The notes under the pieces: model-generated | The model's input: the letters and a program-made list of their open reading frames with translations, nothing else | Databases searched by the model: none | Told to the model about the DNA's origin: nothing | Assembly: GCA_027604505.1 (NCBI GenBank) | Contig: JADIIX010000126.1 | Location: forward strand, 1 to 64,000 | Direction: 5' to 3' | Source of the DNA: Gonapodya sp. JEL0774 | Taxonomy: Eukaryota | Length of the DNA: 64,000 nucleotides | Program-made: the position numbers and the translations under genes | Shown here: positions 43,499 through 56,089 of the stretch, in pieces | Layout: every line of letters begins with the position of its first letter | How positions within the stretch are numbered: the first letter of the stretch is position 1

Positions 43499-46400
43499 CT
43501 ATGCCCATCCCCTGCTGGTAGATCCCGCTGTTAACCCTCTTGTGTGAACACTGAGACCTTCGGGTCGTTTCCCCTGCCGAGTTACTGAAACGGTCGAAGT
43601 AAGGGAAAAATTAGCTCCACGGCAACGAATCCAAACGTCCAGAAACAATACTAACCTGCGCGACTGACGGCCTTTGATTGCACGGGACTTGACACCAGCG
43701 TACCAGCAGTGGTCGGGCTACTGTCAGGAGATTCTGGCCTCTCCTCAACCTCCAACATCATCTTGGCTTTGCCAGAGCTGGACGCTTTCGGCTTATGTTC
43801 GACAGTATGATGAGAAACTTGCACAGAATGCATGATAGTATGAGTTGTCGTCTCGGATGTCGGGCGGTAGCTGAATTTGAGGTGTTGTATTTGAGATCGA
43901 AGTTTTGCGATCTGGACTTGGTAGTCCTGTGTAGTTGCCCAGCTCATATTAGGAAAAACATAACTTTGATTCAGTGGAGAAAGTCAAACCTTTTTCTGGC
44001 GATCCAGAAGCAATCGTGAAGCTTTCATAATCTCCTCCTTGAGATTCTTCTTTAGCGTTTGTACTTCATCTTTCAGGTGCTGCTCTCGCTTGTGACTCTC
44101 TTCCATCGCTTCTTCTTGTTCATGGATAGTTTCCTTTAGCTGTGAGGAAATACGTCATGGTGAGAAATGAAACCTGTCACTTAAGCACACATCCTCAAAC
44201 TACCTTCGTGATTTGATTCCTCAACCCCAATACAATGGATTCATAGTCCACATGCTTTTTAGGCTGATGGAATGAAGACAACGCATTATTAGCTTAATAG
44301 TAGCTTGATAGAGGGACAAAGCACCACCTGTTCCTTTTTTACTCACCGGCTCACTGGGCACAACGGACTGTTTCCCCTTGGTTCCAACCATTCTTTTGGC
44401 AGCAGCAACGGGTGTTCTTGCTTTTGGGATGGACTTATTCACTGGCGCCCTCGTTTTAATCGTTGGAGTTACTCGAGTCTCCAGCATTGCTCTTGTCTCA
44501 TGTGTCTCTGGGCTCTTTCCCTCTGATGCTGCCCATTGAGTTCGCTGATCATCCGCATCATCAAGTAGAGCACGCTCGTCGGATTCGTGGTCCGGTGAGT
44601 ATTCTTCGTGATCCTGAATGGCATTCGCCACATCAGATGTTGCTCGATTGATGCTGCTCGCACGCTCCGCGAGAAGCGGCTTGCTACCGCTCGCCTTCCC
44701 AACCGATCCCTTACTGCCAAGAGACTTTGTGAGGGTGTTTGCGCTACTCTTTGCGTTTCTGAGCATTTCTTGGCTTCCGACAGACTTTGCTGGGAGGTCC
44801 TTGCTTACTGATTGCTTGCTGAGAGACGATCTACTTCCCACCTTGGCTAAGATAGGTGTACTTCCATTGAGTTGCTTCACGGAGCTCTTGCTGTCCATTG
44901 GCTTGACCAACGCTGCACGACTTCCATCGGTCCTACCCTGGATGCTGTTTCTGCTGCCGGTTGTTTTGGGATGCAAGACTTCCCTGCTTTGTGCAAGAGT
45001 TTCTTTTGGTTTAATCTCGTGCTTGGACTCCAAGTCAGTCGAAGCATTTCTTTGGGCCGACAGTGGAGCATCACTTTCGGCGAGCTCAAGGACCTCGGTG
45101 TCCTCAAGATCATCCTCCTTTGCTGGATCTTCAACATCTGGATCACGCATGGACTCCACAGGCTCCTCTGTCTCCTCTTGATAATCAGCCTCATAATCCT
45201 TTTCGATTTGCGCTGACTTTGGCACCAGTGCCGGGGCAGTAGTAGCAACCTCTGGCGCACGTATTTCAGATTGTAGAGCGATAGCAAGCGGAACAGGAGA
45301 GGATCCCTTGACAGTGGGTTGAGAGCGTGCAATGACCGTTGGATTTGATGCGACCTCCACCAACATTGGTTCAGACGATCCAACGGCTTCACTGATCATG
45401 ACCGGCTCATCCACCAGCGACCAAGGGAGTTCAGTGTGACTAGGGGCTCTGCGAGACTGTGTACTATCTATCACTGGGCCGGTGGCAGAGGAGAACGGCT
45501 TCGTTTGAGTGAGTCTCTGTGAATCGGTTTTGGGAAGTCGATCTCGGGACCCCGATGCCAAGGGACCAGATCCAAGCAAGCGACTTTTGGCATTAACGCT
45601 ACTCAGGGATCTACGCAAGGTTGGCTTCATTGGCTGATTTATATTATCCTTACTGGGCAACTTGCGGGGTAGTGATTGTTCTGGGGTAGGCTGAACCGGC
45701 ATCGCGGAGAGTGACGACGTTCGAGGAAGAGGCGGCAAAATCGATCGCGGTTCCGCATTGCTAGACTGAGCTGTTTGGTGCATATCCTGATCGCGTGAAC
45801 GCCCAGTCGACTGTACGTTAGCTAAGCGAGCCGAATTTGGGCGAGACGTGGGTTGAGAAGGGCCCCGCGACGCCGGTCTGTCACGTCTTTCAGGTTCAAA
45901 CGCGGGCTTAGTGTGTACATGAGATATGTCGTTGTTGCTCGTAGTCCTCATATTCGAGAAGGATCTTCTCAAGCTATGATTCGATGACGCACGAGTGCCC
46001 GGCTTGGAGCCAATGGACGGAACACCAACAGTTTCATTTTTCGAGATCAGGGTAGGTTGACTCCTCTTTGCGGCACTCGCAATATTTGCAGAAGACTTAT
46101 GAGAGTCATGGGTGGACGAATGTGACCCCAAAGCGGTACTTCCAAGGGAAGAGTGGGATCTTTTCAATAGTTTTACAGCGTTGCCATCGTCGTGGGCACT
46201 CCGGGCAATAGGCGACACACTTTCAATCACGGGTTGAGACCCATCAATGTGCTGATTGACGCCAGTTGCGTGAACAGACATTTCATCTGCAGCTTGCTGC
46301 TTCGAACCATGAAGTTGGCGCCTTGAGCCACTCAGTATTGGTATCGATCTTTTTATTTGGCTATTCACGGCTGGGGCGTCATCTTGCAACGATTCGAGAA

Positions 46401-49400
46401 CTTGATCTGAGCCTCTGGACTCGGAAGCTGTTTCGCCCTTATCTGTCTCTGCCGTGTGCTCCTTCATCAAGCTCCCCTCTTGCTGCTTCGAGCCATTCAA
46501 TTCCGGAGCGGACCGCCTCACCTCATCTTTTGATAGACGTGGGTGTGACAGAGACTCTTCAAGCTGGTTCTCTGAGTTCGGCATCTGTTTTCAACATAAG
46601 GGTTAGTTCTAGTTGCTCCGCGAATCTGGAGCCTGGTTAGTCCTCACCTCTGCAAGCTGATGTCTAGAACTAGAAATTGGCTCATCCGATTTGATTGTGG
46701 TTGCGGGTTTTGAACTGTCGGCGAGATGCTGCTTTGATCCAACTAGTTTCTGCTCTGACTTCTTGGCGTCCGCCTGCTGTGCCAGTTGCTGTTTTGAACT
46801 AATGCGCTGCGAGTCGACTTCGTGTGTCCCATTATGCGCCTGTTCCACAAGTTGCTCTGTGGATCGTGTGTGTAAATTTGACGACTTTTTGACCTGTGAT
46901 TCCGTTGCCGAATGCTCTTCTGCAAGTTGCTGGTTTGAACTCTTTAGTTGCATATTTGATCCAACCAGACGGTTCGCAGATTTGCCCACTCTGGACGAAA
47001 CCTGAGCCAGAATTTGCTGAGACGCACTTGCCGACTGTTCTGATTTCAGATTCTGGATAGTTTCCTTTTCCACGAGTAGCTGCTTAGAAGTGGTCAATTG
47101 TTGCCGAGAGCTCTGAGCCGCTGACTCCTGTCCGGTAGTCTGCGGGGTAGATGCAGTCATTTCAGAGTTCGTAAGAGGGAATCCTGCGACGACATCTTGG
47201 TCGGTCGACAATTGATGTCTTGATGTACGTGTTTCACTCGATACTTGATTTGAAAATTGGTGTGAGGACTTCTGGACATCTGACTGGTTGATGGGGCTTC
47301 CGTCCGTGAGGTGCTGCTTGGACCCAGCAAGTTGCTGCACAGAACTCCTCTCCGCAGGCGCGGTGCTTGCGGTTCCGTTTGCGAGATTCGGTGTAGATTC
47401 AGTCATTTGGTATAGAGACTTTCTGGGCTCATCTGCCGACCCATGATCCGTTCGGTCCTGCTGGTCGGGTTTATTCAGCTGCTGCAAGGAATTTCGCACT
47501 TCGGGTGCCGGGGATCCCTCAGTAAGATTTTGCTTCGAGCCAGTGAGGTGTTGCACAGATTCGAGTGCTTGATCGGGCAAAGTTTCGGCGAGATGAGGCT
47601 TCGACTCGCTCAATTGCGGGCTTGACTTTTTAACCTTCGAGCCTTCCATAAGAAGTTTCGATCCTGTCAGCTGCTGTAACGAACGTTTAGCGATGAGTTC
47701 TGAAGCTGAAATTTCCTCGCCGGGTTGATGTTCTACTGCTGATTGTGTTGTGGGAATCTTGTGTAGTTGCGTGCTCGAGCTGGTCAACTGTTGCACGGAC
47801 TTCTTGACATCGGCCCCCACGGAACTTTCTGCAGTAGACTGGTTCTTGAAGTCTGCCAGATCCTGCGCAGACTTCGCTTTGTCGGAGTTGCGGCCACTAG
47901 AGCCTTCATCGAGTTGATGCGTCGACTCTGCCGATTGCTTCGTAGTTTCCTGCCCATCCTCCGCAATTGAACCACTTTTCGCGAGTTGCTGCTTCGGCTC
48001 CTCAAACTGTTGTCCTGAGTCTTCTTGGGAAGGAGCTCCCTCTGCCAATTCCTGCTCTTTCCAAGCATCCGATATTGGGGACGAGGTTACTTCTACGAGC
48101 TGCTGTTTAGAACCCACAAGCTGATTAATGGACCTCTTCACATCCGAATGGGAAGTGGCTTCTTCGGAAAGTTGCTGCTTCGACCCCGCCGGCTCTCGCA
48201 CCGGCTCTGTAAGATCTGGCACCGTAGCAGAGACATCGGAGGTTAGTTGTTGCTTGGAACCAGCCAGCTGTTGCACCGATCTTTTGACCACCGAGGTTTG
48301 AGGGGAGGATTCTTCAGTCAGTTGCTGCTTAGACACCTTCAATTCTTGCACAGACTTCCTGACCGCGGATTCAGGGTTCGGGGCTCCTTCCGCGAGTTTC
48401 TGTGTGGATCTCGTAAGCTGTTGCACCGATTTCTTGACCAGTGAGTTGTTATGGTAGGATTCTTCAGTCAATTGCTGCTTAGACCCCGCCAAAACTTGCA
48501 CAGACTTTTTGAGCTCGGAGTGCTCTTTCGAAGCTCCTTCCGAGATTTGCTGCATGGATCCTGACACCTGATGCACAGAATTTTGAGCCTCGGAAGCGCG
48601 GCTTAAAGTTTCGTCCGCAAGTTGCTGCTTTGACGCAACGAATTGTTGCACGAACACTTGGCGGTCCGAGTCCACGGTTTGCCCTTTGTCAGCGAGCTGC
48701 TGCTTAGACCCTCCCAGTTGTTGCGCGGACTTCTTTGCATCCAAATCCGTAGGAGGAGCTTCTCTTGTGAGATTTTGGTCGGACTTCCCCAATTGTTGCA
48801 TCGACTTCCTAACCTCTGGGTCTGCAGTAGTAGCGCCCTGGGTGAGTTGCTGTCTAGATCCCACCAGTTGTTCCACGGATTGTTTACTCTTCGCATCTAC
48901 AGTTGGAGTTTCGTGGACGAGTTGCTGCCTTGAGCCAACTAGCTCCTGTATCGACTTTTTGACGTCTGAAATGGGAGCTGAGGCTGTTTCAGCAAGTTGT
49001 TGCTTAAAACCGGCCAATTGTTGCTTGGATTCGGTAAGTTGTTGCTTGGATCCGGCCAGTTGTTGTGCGGACTTCTCAAAATCAGAGTCTGTGATGTGAG
49101 ATTCTTGAACAAGTTGCTGCTGAGATTCCCCGAGCGTGACCACCGTGTCAGCAAGAGGGGATTCTTGCGCGAGTTGCTGTTTTGATCCCGTCAGCTGTTG
49201 CACCGACTTTTTCGCTTCGGAATCAGCAGTTGAAGCACTCCCAGCAAGTTGCTGCTCAGACCCTGCCAATTGTCGCACTGACGTCTTGACCTCCGAATTA
49301 GCAACAGCAGTTTCTTCAGCGAGTTGCGGTTTAGACCCCGCAAGTTTCTGCACCGACTTCTTGACCTCCGAATCAGCAACAGCAGTTTCTTCAGCGAGTT

Positions 49401-52400
49401 GCGGCTTAGACCCCGCAAGTTTCTGCACCGACTTCTTGACGTCCGAATCAGCAACAACAGCTTCTTCAGCGAGTTGCTGTTTAGACCCCGCAAGTTTCTG
49501 CACCGACTTCTTGACCTCGAAATCAGAGATTGGGTCTCCTTCAGGGAATTGATGCTCCGAACTGGCCAGTTGTTGCACGGACCTCTTCCCCTCCGAAACG
49601 GGATTGGAGTCTTCGTAGACAAGTTGCTGCTTCGAGCCGATCAGCGCCTGGGCCGACTTTCTAACATCAGAATCCGCGACTGCGTGGCTCTCAATATTTT
49701 GCACTTTTGTCTCAGCCAGTTGATCACTCGACTTGTTGATCGCAGAATCAGCAGCGGATGTCCCCTCGGCAATTTGCCGCTTGGAGTCTGACAATTGCTG
49801 CACGGATTTCCTCACCTCCAACTCTGATGTCGGTGTTCCTTCGCTGAGTTCGTGTTTCGATGCAGCCAATTGCTGAATCGAACCCCTGAGCTCCGTATTG
49901 GCGGTCGTGGCTCCATTCACGAGTTCTTGCTTTGATCCCAACAATACCTGGGCAGACTTCTTGAGCTCACCATCGCGAGCTGTTGTTTCCTCAGAGAGTT
50001 GCTGTTTCGATCCCACAAGAAGGTCCTTCGACTTCCTGGCCTCCGAAAGCTGGTGCTTTGAACCCGTCAAATTCTGTACAGAATTCCTTGTCTTTACCGA
50101 CTCTTGCTCTGCCAACTGTTGCTTGGAGCCATTCAACTGTTGAATGGACTTCTTGACTTGAGATTCCGCAATCGGGGCTCCGTCCGCGAGCTCGTGCTGT
50201 GACGCCACCAAACCCTGGGTGGATTTTATCGTTTCGGAAGCCATGTGGTTGACGAGTTGTTGTGTTGATGCCGCTAGTTTTGGCGTCGATTTCGCCACCT
50301 CAGTTGTATGTTGGCGGGGGGTAGGAGATTCGTGAGGGGCTGCACCCATTTGGTCTGGCCCGTCCATATGTGCGGGTGTGTCGTCGGAGGGTACATGCTC
50401 TTGAGACGGTGAGTCGTGAGAGAGCTCAGGCGGTTCATCGCTCGATGAGGGTGCTTCGTGGTTGGTGCGGGCAACCGGCTGTTCGGACGAGGATTGAACC
50501 TTGAGTTATACAGAAAGTGAAGTGTAAAAGCAAGAGGCGTCAACACTTGTACTTGAAAAGAAACATTGTACATCGTCGGCGACATTTCACCTCGTCCTTC
50601 GATTCTGACCCTCCATTAAGCAAATCCTCTTTCACGCCGTGGCTTTCCTGTGTGAGCTCTGTGCCCTCTGCTGCCAATTGTGCGTTCTCATGGGCCGCAT
50701 CGGCCTCTTCTCTCGCTGCTTCATTGTTCTCCTGAGCCACCGCGTTACTCTCTATCGCCTGTTCGTGGTGCTCTTGAGCCAGCTCAGCATTCTTTGGCGA
50801 CGGTTCATCGTTCTCCTGCGCCACCTGGGCATCCGTTGGCACTGGTTCGTGCCCCCCCTGAGCCGCCTCGGTATCCTTAGGCGCCGGTTCGTGGTTCACC
50901 TGGGTCATATTGGCGGCGCCATCTGTCGGTTGTTCCTGCTTCTCTTGAGCCACCTCCATCCCTTCAATCGGAGATTCGTGGTTCTCCTCTACCTGTTGTT
51001 CTTTCACCTCTGGGCCTTCCTGATTGGTTGGAGCTTCAACGCCCACATGCGCTTCTTCCTCTGGTTGGCCTTCTTCGGCGTCCACTGTTCTCTGGACATT
51101 CTCTTCTGCCTTCTGGTCAAGACTGTAGCCGGCGACAGCAACATCAGCACGATCCTCTAACCCAGGAGCGACTGTCAAGGGGCTTTGCACATCCTCCTCG
51201 TTCCCAACAGCAGTTGCATGGGGCTGCTCACCCGCCGCAGCCGGTTTATTTGATTCTTGCGATGATGATTGGTCATCCGTGTGTGCAGATGGCTCAGCAG
51301 CAGACAAGGTGGGTTTCGATCCCGCCAAATTGTTCGTGGACCCGACGCCCACGAGATTCGCCTTTGAACCGGCGGGAGCGTTCGCGACAAGGTTGTCCCT
51401 TGACGAAGGTGTTGTCAACGGGGCCGTCGATCCGGCGAGGTGAGCTTTGGACCCGAGGAGTTGGGCCTTGGAATCGGCGAGCTTGGCCGTGGAGGGCCCG
51501 GCGAGCTGCGCCTTGGAATTGGCAAGGTGGGGTTCAGACCCAACGGCGAGTTGGGCTTTCGAATCAGCGAGTTTTGCCGTCGATGCCGCGAGCTGGGTCT
51601 TAGAGGTGGCGATGTTGGCTGTGGACCCGGCGAGCTGCGCCTTGGAACTCGCGAGGTTGGGTCGAGAACCGGCGAGTTGTGCCTTGGAATCTGCGAGCAC
51701 GGCCTTTGATCCGGACCCGGCGAGGTGCGGCTTGGACTCGGAGAGGTGGTCCCGGGAGCCGATGTTGCGAGGGGTAGGGTTGGAAGAAGCTGGGGAGGTT
51801 TCAGCGGGGGTTGGAGTGGAGTCAGAGATCGTGGTCTCAGTAGAATGGTGCTCTGGAGGAACGAAGGAAGACGGACCAGTGGAAACATGAGCGCAGCGAA
51901 CGATCGAAGTAGCGAAAGGAGAGGCGAAAGGCAGATCACTGACCTGAAGATTCCGCAGACGCCTCCGGAGCTCCGGTAGGACGCTGTTCCTCTTTCACCG
52001 GTTCGTGACCGGTCGCACTCTCCTCTGCCGGCGCGGGGGATACGGTATCGTCTTCCTTGGCGTTGTCCGTGTGCTGGTCAGATGGCTGCTCCACACGAGC
52101 ATCATCGGATCCAGCAGTGTGTTCTTGCGCCTCTGATTGAGAGGTATGTACAATGTGCTCGTGCTCGGTTGGAGTGGGGTAAGCAGGGTCTTTGGTGGGA
52201 GGGTCCATCTGGACAGGTTCTGGTGGTGCTGTAGACGTCGTCTCGGAGTGCCGCTTGCCCTCTTCCTCGCCCTCGCCCTCGCTCGCGACCTGAGATAATT
52301 CTGAGGCAGGTTCCTGTTCTGCCTGTGCTGTAAGTGGCTCCACGTGCTGGTGGTGTTCGGTCTCACTCGGCTGGGTTTCGGCCTCGTTCTGGTCCGGTTT

Positions 52401-52679
52401 CTCTGTCGCCATCTTCTCGTCACCATGGTGCTCCTCTTCATATTGTGTTTTTGGGTGCTCGCTCGTGGTCACCGCAGCGTCACCAGACTGCGACGCGGTC
52501 TGTCCCTGTCCCTCCTGTTGTTGTGCGACTTCACCATCCGGGTGCTTGTCCACGTGTTCGTGCTCTTGCTCATCAGCCGACCAGCTCTTCTTCTCGGCAC
52601 TGTCAGTCGCATGACGATCTTCAAGTGAAGCTGCGGCGGGCTCAGAAGGTAGAGGTGGCAGGGTCTGTGGGTCTGACAT
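43499..52679 (-). CDS. Giant low-complexity tandem-repeat protein (~2,800 aa) with C-terminal coiled coil
   Basis: Consecutive long minus-strand ORFs (247, 386, 1252, 787 aa) are separated by short GT-AG gaps. Repeats include SKAQLAG, KKSVQQLAGSKQQLAEE (~25 aa) and VAQENHEP (13 aa). Final exons are coiled-coil-like (DYQVQIAKLRSQIQHLK). Confidence 0.8.
49270..49520. repeat. 75-bp near-identical coding tandem repeat (3+ copies)
   Basis: gcaagtttctgcaccgacttcttgac recurs at 49340, 49415 and 49490 (period 75 bp = 25 codons). Confidence 0.92.
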
Positions 52680-53539
52680 GGTGGTGGTCCGTTTGAGAAG
52701 TGGTCAACAGCGTTCCGAAAGAGATTTTCTACGAAATTGGGATCGGCGGGATATAGGAAGGCGGTTTGTTAAGGCCCAAGACCGGGATATTTAGAGAGGG
52801 CAGATGGTTCATGAATGCCAATCAAAGGGGTGCAGTTGTGGTCGGTCAGCTTGACAGGAAGACAATGTCCATCCCAGCAGATCCCCAATGAATCCAAGCT
52901 ATCTAAGCATTGTAACTCGATTCGTCCTTCTTCAGCTTCTTTCAGAGGCCCCGCCGGCTACTGGATGCCCGAGAGCAAGACAACATCAACCGACTGGGCT
53001 CAGAGCTCACCAGGAAGATCCAGAAAGTGTCCTTCCGTTCGCTGGTAATGAGATTCAATTGATCAGTCGCTGTGTTGTAGAGTCTTTCTCGTCTGATGGA
53101 ACTTCCAAGCCAGGTTGGTGCTTCGTATCATTCGGAAGGTGCAGAGGGTCAAAATACTTCGCAGCCAAACCTTCGCAGGATGAAGGGGGAACAGGCATCC
53201 AGTTTGTGCACGGTACACAAGTCGAAGCAACTTTGGATGGAGAAATGTTCGATAACCTTTTTTCAGAAGAAAATTTCGACAAACAGCACCAGACGCTTGT
53301 CCGCCCCCCCTCCGCCCCAGCTTCTGAGCGAGCCACAATCGAATATCTACCGTATGAAATAACGAATCAAAGTGAAAAAAGAACTCTCGGATTGAAATGG
53401 CGGTGGCAAAGTTGTTTTTCTACACGGGCCTAAGCGTGAGTCATTGTGGGGCTGTTGTTCCCTCTGCCTGAAAGCCTCAAGCTCATTTTGGACTGCGTTA
53501 TTTCTTCAAACGAAACCCGAATAAACCGGAAAAAGCACC

Positions 53540-55255
53540 ATGCCCGATTTCTCACGCCGATTTCTCACGCTCGCATCCGCAATCGCCGCAGCTTTTCTGT
53601 CCTCCAGCCCGCCGTTGGTGGCGGCTCAGGTGCTCGTTCCAGACGCCAATTACGCATGGTACGTGGGTGGCGCTGTAATCGGGACGCCTGGGACGTTTGT
53701 GAGCCGGGATACATTAGATGTGATGAGGGCAAGAGTCTGCATGACTTTGTCAGTGTGCCGGAACTGTAACCGCCTCGTGCTCGTGTACCTTGGTTTAGGT
53801 ACGTAGGTAAATCCGCACTCGGAGCCACCATCACAGCTGGTGCTGTCACGGCGGAATTTGTCTTTGGTGCGTTCTCCATAGACTCTCCCGTCACACTATG
53901 GTGAGTCGCCATTTCTTGAGTGGTTTCAACGACCGCCCCAATCTCGTCACGACTCATCTCATCAAAAATCCCACTTTTTCCTTCTTGTTGTACTCCAACA
54001 GGGCTGCGGTAGGCGGTTTGGCAGATGGAATGAGTGTGGGGTACGGAATTTACGAAGGTGACTCATGCACCACCCCCGGTGGATTTTTCGTGAGTAATGA
54101 ATACAGAGACGACTAAACAGTCGTTGAGCGTGGCATGCTACAGAGTGTGTCTACAATGATGAGAGACGACGACGATACTCTCTCGTATCAGTAATCGGAT
54201 ACCCAAATGCGCCTGACGTTGGTGTACCAACCCTCCCCGCCTCCCTCCTCCGCAATCCCAGACCGCCACCCCAGTGCCCAGCAACTCCACCGTAGCCCCC
54301 GGCGATCTCTCAAAAAAATACGGCGTTCTATCGACCAAAACCACTGCCCTCCCCGCCACCCAAGACCCCTCACTCTTCCCCCGACAACTCCAAGGCCGCC
54401 CCTTGGTCCTGTACGACTCCGCAACCTCGGAAGTCCTCGGATGCAGTCTCATCCGCGTCCCGGTCATGGCCACCACCACTATTTATTCCAAAGCCGTTCC
54501 GGGCGCGGTCGTCAATTTCGTCTCCATCGACGGTGGCGCGCCAACGTGGATGTACGGGCAGTTTTTGGGCGTCGCAGCGACGGCAAAGATGACGTATGGC
54601 ATTTACGAGGGGAATGTGGGTTCGGGATACACTGGGGCGGTAAGTTTTTTGTGTTTGAGTTGTTGTGGGTGTCTGACTACTTTCGTGCATCTCATCTGGA
54701 ACTCGCTTCATCATTTCAAGCAATGCACCTCTGTGACAAACTTCACCGACAATGGCGACTTGTCCAGTAAGTTCGGCACGCTCACCACAAAACTCAACGT
54801 GCAAGGTGAGTGTACTTCTTCCCACCGCTCCAAATACCGACCACGGATCGGAGCCGCCCCAACCAACCCGCCGCGTCGCGCCCCCTTTCCCAGACGTCAG
54901 CATCAACCTCACCTCCATCGTCGGCAAAACGTTCGCCATCTTCGACGGCACCACCCTCGCCGCATGTGGCTCCATCGTGCTGGGCGCCACACCCATCGTG
55001 GACACCTCCACCGCACCGGCAGCGCCAGCCATACCACCGGCTGCAAATCCAACAACGGGTGCAAGTATCACAGCGAGCGCGACAAAGGCGGGGACGGTAG
55101 CGGGGACCGCGACGACGGGGGCGGCGCCGGCGGCGACCTCTGCCGGAGTTCAGGGGAAGCAGGGCGGGGGTGGGAGAGGCAGTGATCTGTGGAGGGGGAT
55201 TGTGGGCGCAGTAGTGGGATTATCGTGTGCAATGGTGGTGACTGTTTTCTTATGA
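53540..55255 (+). CDS. Secreted, C-terminally anchored protein with two Cu/Zn-SOD-like (Cu-only SOD5-type) domains lacking metal ligands
   Basis: Signal peptide MPDFSRRFLTLASAIAAAFLSSSPPLVAAQ. Domain 1: YGIYEG..C..GGFF..GDLSKKYG..LQGRPLVLY..LGCSLI. Domain 2: YGIYEG..C..GDLSSKFG..IVGKTFAIF..AACGSI. Then an A/T/P-rich stalk and a hydrophobic C-terminus. Confidence 0.7.
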
Positions 55256-56089
55256 TGGCGTGGTGTGATGCGGGACTACGATGTACGGTGATGTCACTTA
55301 TTAGAGTGATGAGGAGGACTTGGACTTGGCATGGCATGACAAGCTGGACTTGAGATGAGATTATATTTATTACCATTAATCTTACTATGTAATATGGCCG
55401 CGCGGTCTAGATCCGTGATACACCCGACGGGTTTGGAACTTGGAATATCTTCAAGAGTCCGACCAGTCAATACCACAGACTTCCCAGCTGAGCAAAAATC
55501 TTGAGAGCCACCTTTGCAAAATGAAGCCGACCCGATCCATGCAAAATCTATTCACCAGAAAGTACAAAGCCTCTCTCAACAAAGTATCAAAACTGTTGAG
55601 ATGAGCAAACATGTCATACATGGCGCTGAACGGATGACCCGTTCGCATTGACAAATCGATGAAAAGTATCCTTTCCTCATCCACATAAGTGCGTAAAACA
55701 ATGAAGAGAAGAAAGAGAAGAATAGAGGGGAATATGTAAAAGAGATCAAAGGGAAGGACCACCATGCAAAATTGTGAAAGAATGTACACCACCCTGGTCG
55801 CGACGTTGTTTCTCCCACACAAGATAACAAGCACACGACTTCCCCTCCGAGACAGAAGGGAGCCAAACTCCAAAGTGCAACGCCGCAACCAGAGTATAAT
55901 TTAGTTGTTTCGAACCGTTTTCAAAATTGTTTTGGGTTGTTGTCGAAGGGACGGACAGAAGAGGCGGCAGACGAGGCGAAGCGCAAGAGCGACCAGATCG
56001 TCTCCCTTTACACAACGATCCACACAAAGGTCCAGTGTCAAGGAACAGGCGGTCCCGCCTCCACGCGCCTCCACCCCTTTCACGCGGCC

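Noticed and set aside
49270..49520. CRISPR-like array
   Set aside because: The copies are contiguous 75-bp in-frame coding repeats with no unique spacers, in a eukaryotic gene.
48686..49552. Cys-rich plus-strand ORFs with SCC repeats that look metallothionein-like
   Set aside because: They are the antisense reading of the QQL repeats of the giant minus-strand gene.
52888..53433. 181-aa plus-strand ORF
   Set aside because: It lies in a divergent promoter region, and its composition is not protein-like.
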